From positions 1,056,106 to 1,112,462 of the forward strand of contig NC_068999.1 of NCBI RefSeq assembly GCF_001194135.2: DNA of 56,357 nucleotides, given 5' to 3'. The first letter of the stretch is position 1. Each line of letters begins with the position of its first letter. The translations under genes and the position numbers were made by a program. This document shows, one piece after another, positions 26,361-40,563 of this stretch. Origin of the DNA: Octopus bimaculoides. Lineage: Eukaryota. The notes beneath the pieces were generated by a model, which had not been told where the DNA came from, did no database searches, and worked only from the letters and a program-made list of their open reading frames with translations.

Positions 26361-27124
26361 TAAATTCTAGAGAAACGTTTCTGCCCTGTAAGTTTGCTGG
26401 CATCTACTGCATTCAATAAATTGCAAACATCGAGTCCAGACGGGATGCCGCTCTGCAATGGCAAGAATTTCGTAAACACGCCTGTGAGCACAAAGGGACT
26501 GTAAGCTGAGTCTGTGGATTAGATCTTATGATATTTTTAAAAAATGGCAAACAATCTCGAGAAGAATGAAACCGCACACAATCTGTAGAATAATTATCTG
26601 GGACAAATACTGTAATTTCTTTGAATCTAGTCTGTAAATCAGAAATTAATCAATCTTCCTTAACAACATTGCAAGAGATATTGACGACTGAGACCATGAC
26701 AAATCAGCCGTTATAGATGGCCACCGTTTATACGGAAATATTATCAGGCAATTCTCATTTTTACCACTTTTATACACACACACACACACACACCTCCCAC
26801 ACACACATATGTTCATCGCCTTCATTGTATCTTTAATGTGTCATTCGTTCTTTCTGTGCCATCTTCCACTATATGTTATATTACAATATTTTCTTATTAT
26901 CCTCCTTATACTAATCACTTGATCTCTACTAGTCGTCCTTTCGCCGCTCTTAATTTTTTCCCTATTCATATCGCTCAGACACTTTGAAATAATTCTCTAT
27001 GATATTTCCAGTTTTCATATTTTTCCCCATTTTCTGTAGGTTTCATCATTCTTACTTTTTTTTAAGCATTCATTCTTCTCTCCATTTTCCGTATCTTATC
27101 TCAATGAATAATTTNNNNNNNNNN

Positions 27125-27220
27125 TCTTCTTCTTCTTCTTCTTCTTCTTCTTCTTCTTCTTCTTCTTCTTCTTCTTCTTCTTCTTCTTCTTCTTCTTCTT
27201 CTTCTTCTTCTTCTTCTTCG
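27125..27220. repeat. (CTT)n microsatellite inside a pyrimidine-rich low-complexity block (about 26940-27850)
   Basis: Read directly from the sequence. Confidence 0.95.
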
Positions 27221-27869
27221 TTTCTCTAATTAATTACATATATCCTCTTGAGTATTATTAATTTTTCTGTTATATTGTACGCCCTGTTATAATATAGTCT
27301 GTCTTCTAATATCTCCACCATCTTGGCGTCCGTTATTTTTTTTTTTTCAGAAATTTTACTTCCTTGCTTTTAGTTACAACCTGTTTTCCTTCTTTCCTTC
27401 CATCCACCACTCTTTCCTATCTATCTTCCCTCTCTCTCTATTTATATTTATGTATTTCTTCTTTCCGTTCTTCATTCCTAACTTACTTTCTGTCATTATT
27501 TTATCCAGTAAATTCTATCATAAATTCCTTCTATCTTTTTTTCCGAAACTTTCATTTTTTTAAATTCATTCATAATCTCATTCATCATCTCTTTCTATTG
27601 TTACTGCCTATTATTTATTTTCTTCTTTCACCCTTTATTATTCGTTCTTTCATTTATTCGTTCTTTGAATTTAGATTTGGTATTTCCATTCATTTCTAGC
27701 AATTTATCTACTCTCATTAAGTCTCATTCTCCTAATTTTTCATTCATTTTCATTTACTTATTCATTGCTGCTTTTATTCCTGCCTTACATTATATCTAAA
27801 TTCTTTCGCATTATATTTCATTTTTCTATATATCTCTCATGATTTCTGGTCTTTTGTCATTTTATCTAT

Positions 27870-27913
<44 letters not shown>

Positions 27914-28374
27914 TTATCTATCTATCTATCTACACACACACAAGCACACACACGCACATGCATATATATATATATCAACTCATACTTCTTGCCATGTTTT
28001 TGCTTTTCCATTCCACTCCAATATCAACAAGGAATTACCAATTACAAAGACAGGATCAGTCACGGCCTGTTTGCTATATTTCGCTGATATATTTTAACGT
28101 CAACGTCACTGCGGATTAAGAGAGCTTTTGTTGAAAATTATCCCTTATAGCATGGTTTCCAATATTTCTTTGAAAAAGATGGTGCATACGTGTGCTATTT
28201 ACTTTATCTCCCTCACTACATAAGCACAGACACACACATACACACGCACAAACATAAACACTCACCCACACCCACGCACACATATATATATATGTATATA
28301 CGTATGTATATATGAGTGTATGATATGATACTTATATATATATATATGCGTGTGTGTGTGTGTGTGTGTGTGTG

Positions 28375-28424
<50 letters not shown>

Positions 28425-28801
28425 TATGCACTCGCAGTCACTAACACACGCACACACGCGCAGAGAAACATATAGAAGGACTCTTGATATGACTGTAAGT
28501 TTCGTATGTGTTTACATAATTCATGGCTTAACTTCGACGATAATCGATGGCTACTTATATACAGACAATGAGGCTGCTTTTTCGGTTTTCATTCTTCACA
28601 ATCATATCACGGAGAAGCCTTAGGCAGAGGCATAAGGCTTAAATATAAAACTTTCTTGGATTATTTATTTCAATGGTTTACGCCATAAATATACAGAAAT
28701 GCAGAGAAGCCAACTGAGACGCAAGGCAATCCGATAAAGAAACAGCGTTTAAAATGTAAGTGGTAATGATAACAACAACAGGATCTGCATTGATATTAAT
28801 A

Positions 28802-28835
<34 letters not shown>

Positions 28836-29183
28836 CGATGATGATATTTTCTTTTTTGGGTGGCAAGGGTCGAAGACATGGTGACCAATCTCAAAGGATG
28901 AGGTACAACACTACAATATTAAAGGATATTATGAGGATGTATAATTAGAAGATAAAGAAATAAATACGTAATTAAGATATGGAATCTGCAATAGCGGCGC
29001 AGACAACTGAGGGTAATTTGGAGTAAATTTCACGCAAAATTCCCCAAGTCTTGTTTTCCACTTTCCTTAATCCTATTTACAAAAGCGTTCACAAAGTAGA
29101 TTCAATTTAATCTCACCAGTCTCATCACTCTGCTCCCCTTTTCATAAGACACTAGAAGGCAACACCTCCCTGATCACGCTCAC

Positions 29184-29249
29184 CTTCGTTTATAGATGGA
29201 TCCACCATCTTTCAGACGTTCCATCACAGAACCTATTTTGTCACTGCCA
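29184..29249 (-). CDS. Candidate internal coding exon B ((S)GSDKIGSVMERLKDGGSIYKR + 2 nt), possibly the start of a PLC-type PH domain
   Basis: Acceptor ctttaacaaatcgttctctgcgtag| and donor ACGAAG|gtgagc. The 66-nt exon is phase 2-2 and joins exon A in frame (AG+T = Ser) across a 195-nt GT-AG intron. The KIxS...M/L..G..I/L.K pattern recalls PLC-delta/eta/PLCL PH-domain N-termini; this is from memory and not searched. Confidence 0.62.
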
Positions 29250-29444
29250 CTACGCAGAGAACGATTTGTTAAAGGAAGGTGGTGCCTCGATCCTCACTCT
29301 ACTCTCGGCGGACAGATGGATTCGTCTTACACGAGACAGCACCTAGTCAACAAAAGCTAATAACTCTCTAATGCACGGTTTCGTTTCCCTGCATGCACCT
29401 CAGACAGGTTTGGCTATGGGCACATCCATGCCTAAAGAACTTAC

Positions 29445-29518
29445 CTTAAACAGGCAATGCTCCTCTGTAGTCGAAGGAACTCACTGTCAGTTCCGCTGTC
29501 AGTTGCGACAGATGTCTG
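29445..29518 (-). CDS. Candidate internal coding exon A (QTSVATDSGTDSEFLRLQRSIACL + 2 nt) of a minus-strand gene
   Basis: Minus strand reads ...gcctcttag|CAGACA (NAGNAG acceptor, alternative start 29515) to TTTAAG|gtaagt, a consensus donor. Only one frame is open, and it is closed by the acceptor TAG immediately upstream. The phase-2 end matches exon B. Confidence 0.62.
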
Positions 29519-30520
29519 CTAAGAGGCCACCAAAAATGCTTGTCGTATACATGTAAAACCATGTTACAACTCAATATATTCATATTTATAATGTACAGTA
29601 TTACAAAGCTCCGGCGGCCCAATGTGGTGGTGTAAATTCACGGATAACTTCTACTCAACACTCATATGCGAACCTGGAGATGGTTACAAGACGGTAGACA
29701 GACGCCATTTGTCTCTTTCAGTTATTTCTCTTGAGGCCATAATTTTGTTCTACTTCTGTTTATAAGGGTCTAGATCCCTTGGCTATTGGAAGTAAGGTCG
29801 GACATTTGTGCTAGAGAAGTCTCTAAAGGGAGAAACATGTATCTCTACCCATTCTCTTATCTTCAGACAAAAACCGATCCTTTTCGTTAAGAAATTATCA
29901 GCTTTGAAGAAGCCTTGCAAATTGAGATTATTTTCCCTTCTCACTTGGAGCTAGTCTTAATTCTCATTCGTTAATTATGATACAAAACACTACAAGCGAA
30001 GATCTTTTTCATGCACGAGGAATCTATTTTGTATGTTTTTTTATATACTTGTAGTTGTCTTTTTTATCCAAATACATTAAAATATAAATTTCAAAATAAA
30101 ACTAATCAACAACACCTTAGTTAACGATGCCACATACCAATATATAATGCCGCAAATGATAGAATACTAACCCTACAAGTTTTAGCAATGCCAAAAAGAT
30201 TTTAAAATGTATATGAAGATACACAACTGTAGTATAAACATCATAAATAGACTTTCTACCTAGGTGAGGATTATTGTATAGAATGCAAGATTATTTCCAT
30301 GGTCTTTTGTTGCCTATTAGAATGACGCACAATAACTCGTCATCATTAACATGCTTAGCACAAAAATATCAACACATTTTAATGAATAAGGAATTCTGTA
30401 GTCGCAATGCTTACATAATTGAATAATAAATGTAATAATTGAAATAATTAATAGACACACATGCTTACACGCGCACACATGTATATGTATATATGTAGGT
30501 AGGTATGTATGTGTGTGCAT

Positions 30521-30561
<41 letters not shown>

Positions 30562-31074
30562 AAAACACATACATGCATTCAATCATGCATATACTCATAT
30601 ATAGGATTACAAAGACAAAGTTGAAATGCAAACACATACATTGAAGTTTACCAATGCAAGCCCACACCACCACCACCGTCACCACCACCACCACCACTCC
30701 CATCGCTCGCATGAATATGAATTCTCACACAGAGACACATTTCTTAGATGCATGCACATCACACACGATTGCACACAGGAACAAAAAAATATGAGGCATA
30801 GTGTCACACATGTTCACATATAATTAAATACTTAGAAGCTGAGAAGCAAAAAGAAAAGAAAAAGAAAGAGAAATACATTCAAACAGTTACTATTGTGAAG
30901 GGAAAGACGTATAAAGGTCTATTCATTAACTAATTAACTAATTAATTCATTATTAATTTAAAAGAATTAGAAGGAAATTGAAGGAAGGAAATCGGAAGAA
31001 ATATAGAAATAAGATCCACGCAGTAGGGAGACGGGGGTGGAGGTCAAAAGGTTTCTTGTTTCTATGTTTAAATC

Positions 31075-31240
31075 TTGTTGGTATTTTCGAACGCGAATTG
31101 AAAGTTGCGACCACGTTTCTTCAGGATCAAGACCACTTGTCGGTACCGTAAGTCAAGTGAATTCTGGTATAGCCACGGGGCAACTAATTGCTTGTGAGTG
31201 GATTTGGTAAACAAAGGTTTTATGGAAGTTCGTGTGGAAG
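31075..31240 (+). mobile_element. SINE family C, 5' part
   Basis: caagtgaattctggtatagccacggggcaactaattgcttgtgagtggatttggtaaac. Confidence 0.55.
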
Positions 31241-31301
31241 ACGATAATTTTTCTTCGCTGTTCTTCACAGCTCTACTGCGTTTGAAATTTACTCTCTCTC
31301 A

Positions 31302-31427
<126 letters not shown>

Positions 31428-31774
31428 ACTTGGAGATGTAAACTGTGTTGCGGGATAAATTTCCCTCCTGATAATTTGTCTAATATCTACAGAATGATGC
31501 CTAATAAATACTATGATAAATGAATAACAGAATATGGTGTACAATGAAGTCTGACACTGACTGATAAACAGTGTAAATATTTACTGAGGGTAAAATTAGC
31601 ACCAAAATAAATGGCAAATATTAGTGTTGTGAGAGGGGGATATGCTCACTTATACACAGGCACGCACATACTCACACACACACACAAACAAACACACACA
31701 CTCACACGCACACACACGCACACACATGAATACTTACTTATATATGATCTGTGTGTGTGTCTCTTTCTCTTTCT

Positions 31775-31814
<40 letters not shown>

Positions 31815-31827
31815 TCACACATGTATA

Positions 31828-31879
<52 letters not shown>

Positions 31880-32183
31880 CACGTAGTCTCTACATAAATA
31901 AACGCAACTAGATAAATAAAACACAAGCGACAGAGGAATTCAGAGGTGAGAAATGATAAAGGTGATTTGCAATCGAGGTGAAAAGCAAAAATAAATTAAT
32001 AAATAACGGCAAATAATTATGAAAAATCATAATCACGATAAAAGTTTGGAGAATAAATATTATCGGATAGTAAGAAGTCGAGAAAGCTGGCAGAATGGAC
32101 TCCTGAATCCTCATAACTTTCTGGTCCAGAGGGCATGATGTTACCATTCTCCTCTTTCCTTCTTTTGTACGGCCACAACTAGA

Positions 32184-32455
32184 ATGCGTCTGCCCTACTG
32201 TGGTGTTCCTGAAACAGACAAAACGCTTCTAGGATTGCGCCACCCCACTTATGGATATACTATCTTTTGGATAGGCCTACCTAGGGGTCAGCGTAGAGAA
32301 TCTGGTGTTGGGTTTGCTCTCAAGAAGTTATTAGTATCCTGCATTGTAGAGTTTCTGAGTGGTATATCTGAACGAACCATGTCATGCCGTATTAAACTGA
32401 CAAAATGTAGGTTTCTTACCGTTGTCAGTATTTATGCACCAACACCGTCCTATGG
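32184..32455 (+). mobile_element. RTE-clade LINE apurinic endonuclease fragment
   Basis: Translation GYTIFWIG.PRGQRRESGVGFALKK...GISERTMSCRIKL...TVVSIYAPT contains the characteristic RTE endonuclease motifs. Nothing follows it, so it is an isolated fragment. Confidence 0.85.
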
Positions 32456-33548
32456 TGGTGGAGTGAGAGTGTTTATGTAACGTGTTTCTGTTACATACGT
32501 GTGTGAGTTTGTGCGTATTCACTTCGAACCCCAAACAAACAGATTTGCTTGTGCAGATTATTTGGTGTATCTATTTTTTTTTTTTGTTTTGATTTTTAGA
32601 ATTGATTGATAAATAAATTGAATTCCTCCAGAATAAATTTATAAAATAAATAAATAAATGGTAGTTTTAACTCAAATTCTATGTGTAAACTTTCGATTCG
32701 ACTGTAGACGACAGATTGAACTTGTATAAAACCAGTGGCCATCAATTATGTTTTAAATGATATGTCACTTCGTCAAAGCCAACATGAAATCATTAATGAA
32801 ATCCAGAGTATTTATTTGTCTATCTGCGAATTTTCGCAGCAATCTGCATAGATCTCAATTACATGATAATTATAAGCATCACCATTCCGTCATCTGGGCT
32901 GATGAAAAAGACACTGGAAGCGTCAATACAGTCTCTTTCGCTCTAAATTTCTTTGTTTAACCGTTAATCAGAATTTTAAACTTTCATTAAATGCCTACGG
33001 TAACGAGATTAATGACGCCATGCCATTACTTCACACCAAATTCTAAGACTTTACCTTCAAGCAAACCAAAGACAAATCTGTTTCCCATTAATTAGAAAGC
33101 AGATTTCTGAAAAGTTATTGATGATACTTAAACATAAACGGATCAGTGAAGAAACAGGAACTGTGTCTGGCATTAGAGAACATATTAGAAATATAAACAA
33201 TCCGTCGAAGGTGAAGAAACTTTATACAATTTCTTTAGTGTTGGTGCAAAAAGCGACGGAATAATTGTGTATTTCGACTGTCAATTGTTAATACATGGAC
33301 GTGTTACGTAGGTGTAGTATTGATTTCTGTAGGAGAGAGAAAAAGAGAGAGGAGTAAGAGAGAGAGAGAAGAGTAAGACAGAAAGAGGGTAAGAGATAGA
33401 TGACGTAAGAAATTTTACAGATGAATACTAAGAATGTTATACTGTTGAGATGTTGAAATAAAGTTGGTAACTTAGATAAAGTTCAGCTTTGGAGCAAAAT
33501 CACGTAAATTGATCTTGGTGGTGATGGCGGTGTGTGGGCCACTGAAGA

Positions 33549-33587
<39 letters not shown>

Positions 33588-34676
33588 GTGGTGGTGGTGG
33601 TGGTGATATGACGATGAAGAGACAAAGTCGATGCTGGTTACAATGATTACAATAATCTTGATAATAATGATGACGGTGATACTGCTGGTGATTTGAAGAT
33701 GATGATGACAAAAATGATAGAATTTTCCTCATTATTATAACCCGTCACGCTTATGAAAACGGACGAGTACGGTCTCGATGCTGACAACAGGAACGAAGAA
33801 TATGACGACAACGACGACGACAAACACTCCATGAAAATGTATGCGACACTTCCCCCGCTCAGTCGATTGGCCATTTTTATGTCTAAAATTCAATTCTGAC
33901 CCATCAGATCTCGACTCAGATTTACTCACATTTTTAACGATGCCGTTGTCTACTGAGGCGTAGCATTATTCCTGATAAGCAGTGGGGAAGATACTGTGTG
34001 ATATTTGTTGTAGCGTTGTGCTGCCAGAATTTAAACGCTCCTTTGTCACCTACTTTTCTTCATTCATCCAATTAAAAAGATGAACAGTCAAGTGTTGAAG
34101 TCAAATTTATGGCAAAATCCCTTCCCTAACAGTTTTTAGTCGCAGGAATACGAGAAATATTTATTTGGACTTGCATTTCCTAACATGTACTTTATGCATG
34201 AAACGGTATGCAATGTGCGTTTAAGGGAGTTTTAGTTACTATTTCTACCGGGTGAATGCATCCATGATAACCTCACCAATAGTACCTAAGATATCATGAT
34301 ATGATATCAGCGTTCTGATAACTCCTGATAACATATACGCACTTCAATATAGCACCCTATAATCAAATTGTAATATGCTGTGGTACCTCTCCGATCGTCT
34401 CGTAATATATCTAAGATATACAAGAACATTGCAACTTAAATAAAATCAATGGAATGTGTTTCTAGAGGTGTCACCATGGCCGTTAAATTCGATGGGTTAT
34501 ATAGTTTATAAAAGTGTTGTATGCAGTCTTCTATCCAAAGTGTTTTTCAAGCTGTTATGTATGGGTTTGGCTACTTCGAGTTCTAGCGTTACAAACAGAA
34601 AAGCAGAAACGAATTTGTTATGGGACATTTTATGTGCATTTAACCAGTGAGGGTTGGTTCTTTGGATAGTGACATT

Positions 34677-34727
34677 TACCACTTAGAGTACCACTTAGAG
34701 TACCACTTAGAGTACCACTTAGAGTAC
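34677..34727. repeat. Perfect 12-bp minisatellite (TACCACTTAGAG)x4
   Basis: Read directly from the sequence. Confidence 0.95.
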
Positions 34728-36244
34728 TGCTAACCGGGATCTGAGTTACTGTATTGGTTGTTTTCTTATTTTGAGAGACATGCCTGCTGAAACTATCTTA
34801 AACATATCTCATATTTAAACAGTAAGCTACATATATTTTGAAAAGTCGTGATGGTCACTTATGGAACGCTCTTGTTCAATCAGAGTTACCATGAAACTAA
34901 ATTAACAACAGCAACAACAACATCAAAACATTCCACTCTTGTTATTGCCATTCACTTCTGGATCTGACAGTGCTGTATTTTATTTACGCAGAAATAATTA
35001 GTAATTAATCTCGCTTCGCTACATTCAGATAATTCACATGTTATCAATGTTACAGGATTTTCTTAATAACCTTAATACTAGATTACAATTCAGCAAAGGC
35101 GAGAATTTATCGAAATATATTGAAACGCTCCCAGCAAAGAAACATTTCAATGTAACCAATTTCCAATGAATTGGTTCCAAGATAACAATGGCTAACCAAT
35201 CTAACAGACTAAGTGAAGCTTTAAAGATTTGATAAGGCCCTCAATAATCTGATCCTAACTTTTCATCCACTCGCTTTTGATTAGTGCGATCATCATAATT
35301 ACTGTTGTACATTTGAACACAAAATCATTCGTACAGTGGATTCTGCTTAATTGCGTATAGCGCTTAATTGCAAAACATTTTCAAAATACGCTAACCGCTA
35401 GCGATCGAATCCGTAGAAAATTGATAAGTTAATTTCAGATGTTCACCGAGTAAATGTCGGTCATTTGCAAAATATTTTCTCCTGTTTCCAGCGCAAGAAA
35501 TATTGGAATGTAGTTCTGTCATTTATTATGAATGAATTCATTCCGGGAACTTTCGTTCTGCACATTGAGATAAAATGACTTGAATCATACATAAATGTTT
35601 GCAAAGTATTGTGGAGAAATATAAAAATCTCAGAAGGAATTGGCAAACGTCAGAGCGGATAAATTATTGGATTGTTTTACCGATAAATATTAATCGCAAA
35701 ATTTCCCCCGCACTAGAGACAACGTAAATGAATTGTACACAAACTAATCATACCCTTACACAAACACACACACACATTCACTCACTCACGCACACTCATA
35801 CACACATACACACACACACACAGCCATACACATACAAGAAATGCACACGCAGAGACATATATATATATATGGAAATAGTTCTTCTGGGGGTCGCTTAGTC
35901 CCTCTGATAGAAACATTTACATAAACAACTTTCATGGTACCGCCGTTGTTTATATAAAAAAGAACCAAAAAATTTTTTAAAAATCAAAGAAGAAAACACT
36001 GTTGGAAGTAATTTTTCAAGAGCCAAAAACACGAATGTTGGTGAAAGGAAATAAGTCGGCTCAAAGTGAAATATTTGAATTAGAATTATCTTGTATTCTT
36101 TTGCATTTAACTTGACACAGTCATTACACTGCTTCCATGATGGAGCACAATTCTGAAAGGTTTAGTCGGACTCGATAAGTTAAAGTTTCAGTTTGGTATT
36201 ATTCCATCGCATCTTATCGCTGAACCGCTAAGTTATAGAAGGCA

Positions 36245-36595
36245 TTGAAGCCTCTGGTGGATTCCTGAACCACACAGTCATTAAACTGGCACTCTGTCGA
36301 ATGTTCTAGTTCATCCGATGAATGGAACATCTTCTTCGTGATATTGAGGTACAAATGGCTGAGCATTCCACATCCATGCATTCCCTCAAAGGAGTTCTCA
36401 GGGAGATTCAGCGAGAAAGACCAGCATGTGTCAAAGCTGTGTCTTTTGAAATTCAGTTACAGCTCATTTTTGCGAGCTGAATGATCTGGAGCAACGTGAA
36501 GCAAAATGAAAGAGACAACGCGCTGCCTTGAATCGAACTCACCATCTCACGATCGTGAGCCGGATGCCCTAAGCACTAAATCACGCGCTTTCACG
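36245..36595 (-). mobile_element. tRNA-derived SINE family B
   Basis: Minus-strand head gtgaaagcgcgtgatttagtgcttagggcatccggctcacgatcgtgagatggtgagttcgattc, followed by cacgttgctccag...cagctcgcaaaaatgagc. Confidence 0.75.
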
Positions 36596-37067
36596 CCATT
36601 AAACATGTTGTACGACAATATCATAATTATTATGGAGACAACGTTATCAGTTAAAATCATCAAAATCTCACGTGAATACAATACAAACTGTTGAGTTTGT
36701 CTTCAAAGAACTCTAATAGTTTTTACAAAGTGTATACTTAAATATACTTAATATACTTAAGAAGTAAAAGAAGAAAATGACATAAAAAACGGGGGGAATT
36801 ATTCAAACGTAGAGGTGTATTATCAATAAGATTGTCAAGTAAAATAATGGCGGATGTAAATATTTAAACATTTGGTAAACTATCTTGATCTTACGTAAAA
36901 ACTCTGAATTAAATATTTATGGAGGTGGTTTGTTCAGACTAAAAACACAATATGTCTTCTGTTTTTTCTTTTGTACGCGAAAAACATTTGTCAATTTACT
37001 ATAATTAAGATATTGGTGAGTGTGTGTGTCTGTGTGTGTGTGTGTATATGCATACGTATGTATATAC

Positions 37068-37510
37068 GTGAGGAAGCGCGTGACTAGTTTGTTCGGGCAT
37101 TGCGCTTGCGATCACAAATTCGCTGTTTCGAATCCAAAACTGGGCAATGCGCCGTCTTCTTGAGTAAAGGCAGTTCGTCTCACCTTGCTGCAGCACAAAC
37201 ATTTCGTCAATACAATCAAATCAGCTCGGAAATTTGTTCGGCAAGAAAATGCGGGGCACCCAACAGTTTTCTGTGGTGGAATTACGTTTAACCTCTGAAA
37301 CCTATCACTGTTGTTGTCACTTAGCAACATGTAAGCATTGTTCCAGTAAATACGACACGTAAAAACATAATTGACCAGTAAATTGAATGTTGTTATACAT
37401 CGCTGGTCACAATGGTTTTCGCATCGTTTTAGCTTTCAACTGATGTCACTCGCTCCACAGGGGAGCAGGTGTGATCTGAGTGGCAGTATTTTGTGATAAT
37501 TTTGTCATGT
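37068..37510 (+). mobile_element. tRNA-derived SINE with a family B-like head and a different body
   Basis: tgaggaagcgcgtgactagt...cttgcgatcacaaattcgctgtttcgaatcc...cttcttgagtaaagg, ending near (TAA)n and (TA)n. Confidence 0.55.
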
Positions 37511-37534
37511 GTTTGCAGCTTTAATAATAAGGTA

Positions 37535-37557
37535 TGTATATATATATATATATATAT

Positions 37558-37613
<56 letters not shown>

Positions 37614-37614
37614 T

Positions 37615-37683
<69 letters not shown>
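37535..37683. repeat. (TA)n-(GATA)n microsatellite
   Basis: Read directly from the sequence. Confidence 0.97.
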
Positions 37684-37871
37684 TATGTTATTTAGTTTAA
37701 AGAAGTATCACTTGAAAACTCGTATCGAAGTAATAGAGATGACCATCCTCTCGAATTTTTAGGCTTGCGTAAACAGTGGAAGCCATTGTTTAGTTTATGT
37801 CAAGATTGCTTTTCATAGGAGAAAGAGCTAGTTTGAGATACGCACACACGCGCATGTACATGCGCCATTCT

Positions 37872-38253
37872 GAGTGAGTGTTGTAAGAAATTTGATTCGC
37901 AACCAAGTGGTTCCGGGTTCAATCTTACTGCGTGATAATTTGGGCAAGTGATTTCTACTATAGACTTGGGTCGACCTTGTTTGAAGATTTAGTAGATAGA
38001 AACTGTAAGAAGATTATTGTGAATACTACATATGTATACGTGGGTGGGGGCACATGTGTGTCTTTGTGCCTGAGTCTGTTACAGAGTACAACTTGACAAA
38101 CGGAGTTGGTGAGTTTACATCCACATAATGAAGTTGTTCGGCATAGGAAGTTGATAGAATCTGTACAAGCCGATTTGTTCGACTGAAATTTTTTAAATTT
38201 GTACTTCGGCATGGCCACAATCTAATTTCTGAAACAAGTAAAAGCTAAAAGAT
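37872..38253 (+). mobile_element. SINE family C (tRNA-like head with internal microsatellite)
   Basis: ttgtaagaaatttgattcgcaaccaagtggttccgggttcaatc...gggcaagtg...cgatttgttcgactg...gcatggccacaatc...gaaacaagtaaaag. Confidence 0.75.
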
Positions 38254-38982
38254 ATATACAGGCATACGTGTATGTGTGTACATAAACACTACTGCGATTT
38301 TGCAAGGTGAAGCGGTCCCATTCCGCTTACTACGAAGATTATAGAAGAAGCGTACACATTGAGGAAGATTTAGCTACTATGAGTCGTAGGGAAGGCGAGA
38401 GCAGCATCCGTCGAAGCATTGTCCTGATTGTTTATGATCGGTGAAATGGAGGGTCAGCCATGACATCATGATAGATTTGTTATCGGCAGCTGAGTTCATC
38501 AGAACTCGTTGGTTTTGACATAATATATGTGAGTGCGTGTGTACGGGTATGTGTGTGCTTATGTTTGTGTGTGTGTGAGAGAGAGAGAGAGAGACAGACA
38601 GACAGAGGATGTGTGTGCGTCTGTGTGTTACGTATGTGTATGTGCTTTTGAGTCTATGAATTCATACGTACACATATACATGTNNNNNNNNNNNNNNNNN
38701 NNNNNNNNNNNNNNNNNNNNNNNNNNNNNNNNNNNNNNNNNNNNNNNNNNNNNNNNNNNNNNNNNNNNNNNNNNNNNNNNNNNNNNNNNNNNNNNNNNNN
38801 NNNNNNNNNNNNNNNNNNNNNNNNNNNNNNNNNNNNNNNNNNNNNNNNNNNNNNNNNNNNNNNNNNNNNNNNNNNNNNNNNNNNNNNNNNNNNNNNNNNN
38901 NNNNNNNNNNNNNNNNNNNNNNNNNNNNNNNNNNNNNNNNNNNNNNNNNNNNNNNNNNNNNNNNNNNNNNNNNNNNNNNNNN

Positions 38983-39033
<51 letters not shown>

Positions 39034-39529
39034 TCATACACGCGCATTCACACACATATATTTACATATATAAATCATCATCGACTTTGATACGTTTTTG
39101 CTCTTCGTCTGATTTATATTTGGTCATTACAGAAGATGTCTTCCAAATGATATATTAGCAGACGTCACCGCCATTTCTTTTGAAGGATTTTAAAACAGTG
39201 TGACAGAATTTAAAACACAGACGTATATCAATAGACGAAACTAAAAATATTACAGCAAAAATTATTTGCGTTAATGCATACTTTTAGGATTCTATGTTTA
39301 TTTATTTATTAAGTTTTTTTCGATATTATTGAAAGACCATACATTATATCAAAGTATATTTTCAATGATATCTACCGAAATATATAACTGGTACTTTTGT
39401 TTATCGATCCTGAATGGCTGGAAGATGAGATAAACTTGAATCTTAAAAACCCAAATTTCACAACATGCGAAGTAAACACCGAGATATCATTCGGCACACA
39501 GCCTCATGAAGATCCCTGCCAGCTCTCAA

Positions 39530-39605
39530 TGCGCACGTAACGGTCTCCTGCCATCTGTTGGCATGCTTCAGAACTAGACCTGAAACTTTTTGATACCACT
39601 TGGTA
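39530..39605. mobile_element. Mariner-like terminal fragment
   Basis: ctgccatctgttggcatg...gaaactttttgataccacttggta. Its reverse complement, TACCAAGTGGTATCAAAAAGTTTC, resembles mariner TIRs. Confidence 0.5.
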
Positions 39606-40480
39606 CACTAACGAGGCAAAAGTTGCAATATTTTCTGTGTTCTCTTCTCTTGGTGTATCATCTTGGTGTCTTACTCTCTTCGAAATTTAAAGTCCGCTTT
39701 GTAACCAAGGTTTAATTTGAGAAATATTCTAGTTTCATTTATTTATTTATTTTTTTACCGTATGACGGTCTGTGTTATTAACTATTCCACTCTCAATAGC
39801 TCGACTATCAATGATCTAAGCTCTTTGTATTCCATTGGCGATGCATTATATAGGCGAGGTGTTGTATATTTTCATCTGGTAATAAGAACCTAGGATATTT
39901 AATGGATAGAAGGAAAGAAAGTCAAGTCAAAAATGAAAACATATTAAAGCTTGAAAAAATATACTCTTTATAAAACTGCAAACGTGATCAGACACAATCT
40001 TTTGGACACGTAACAAGAACTATATATATATATGCACACACAGACACACACACAGACACACACACAGACACACACACGCACTTGCTCCTATGTATATATA
40101 GACATATTGAATGATATATATGTATATGCTTGTATTTGTGTGTGTGTGTATGTGATGTGTATGTGTACATATAACAGCCACCACAACTGTGGGGCCGACT
40201 TATTGATTTTAATCAAATGGCGTGTTGTGTGCCAAGCTAAGATCAAATATTCTTTTTGTTTGAATAGATAGATTCTACTCAGCATACCATCTTTCAATAG
40301 TGTTGATTAGGTTTATATAGTCAAGAAATTTCAAAATTAATAAAAATGAAGTAAAAAGACGGCGACGAATATAGTAGTGAGGACATTTTTTTCTTTTTTT
40401 ATTGGTTTAAAGAAAAATCTCTCGCATCACCAAATCTCACACCTCTACCGCAGTTCGGTGTCTGTCATGTCTACTGCACG

Positions 40481-40563
<83 letters not shown>

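Noticed and set aside
29196-29360. Plus-strand 54-aa ORF (MDPPSFRRSITEP...) with an upstream acceptor-like site
   Set aside because: It is antisense to exon B and its intron. The minus-strand model has paired consensus splice sites and matching phases, while this one has no donor or recognisable product.
34288-34312. Near-palindrome gatatcatgatatgatatc and other 8-bp inverted repeats (about 11545-11575, 47565-47600)
   Set aside because: Too short and AT-rich to exceed chance expectation.
34677-34727. Direct-repeat array as possible CRISPR
   Set aside because: It has 12-bp units with no spacers, a eukaryotic context and no cas genes.
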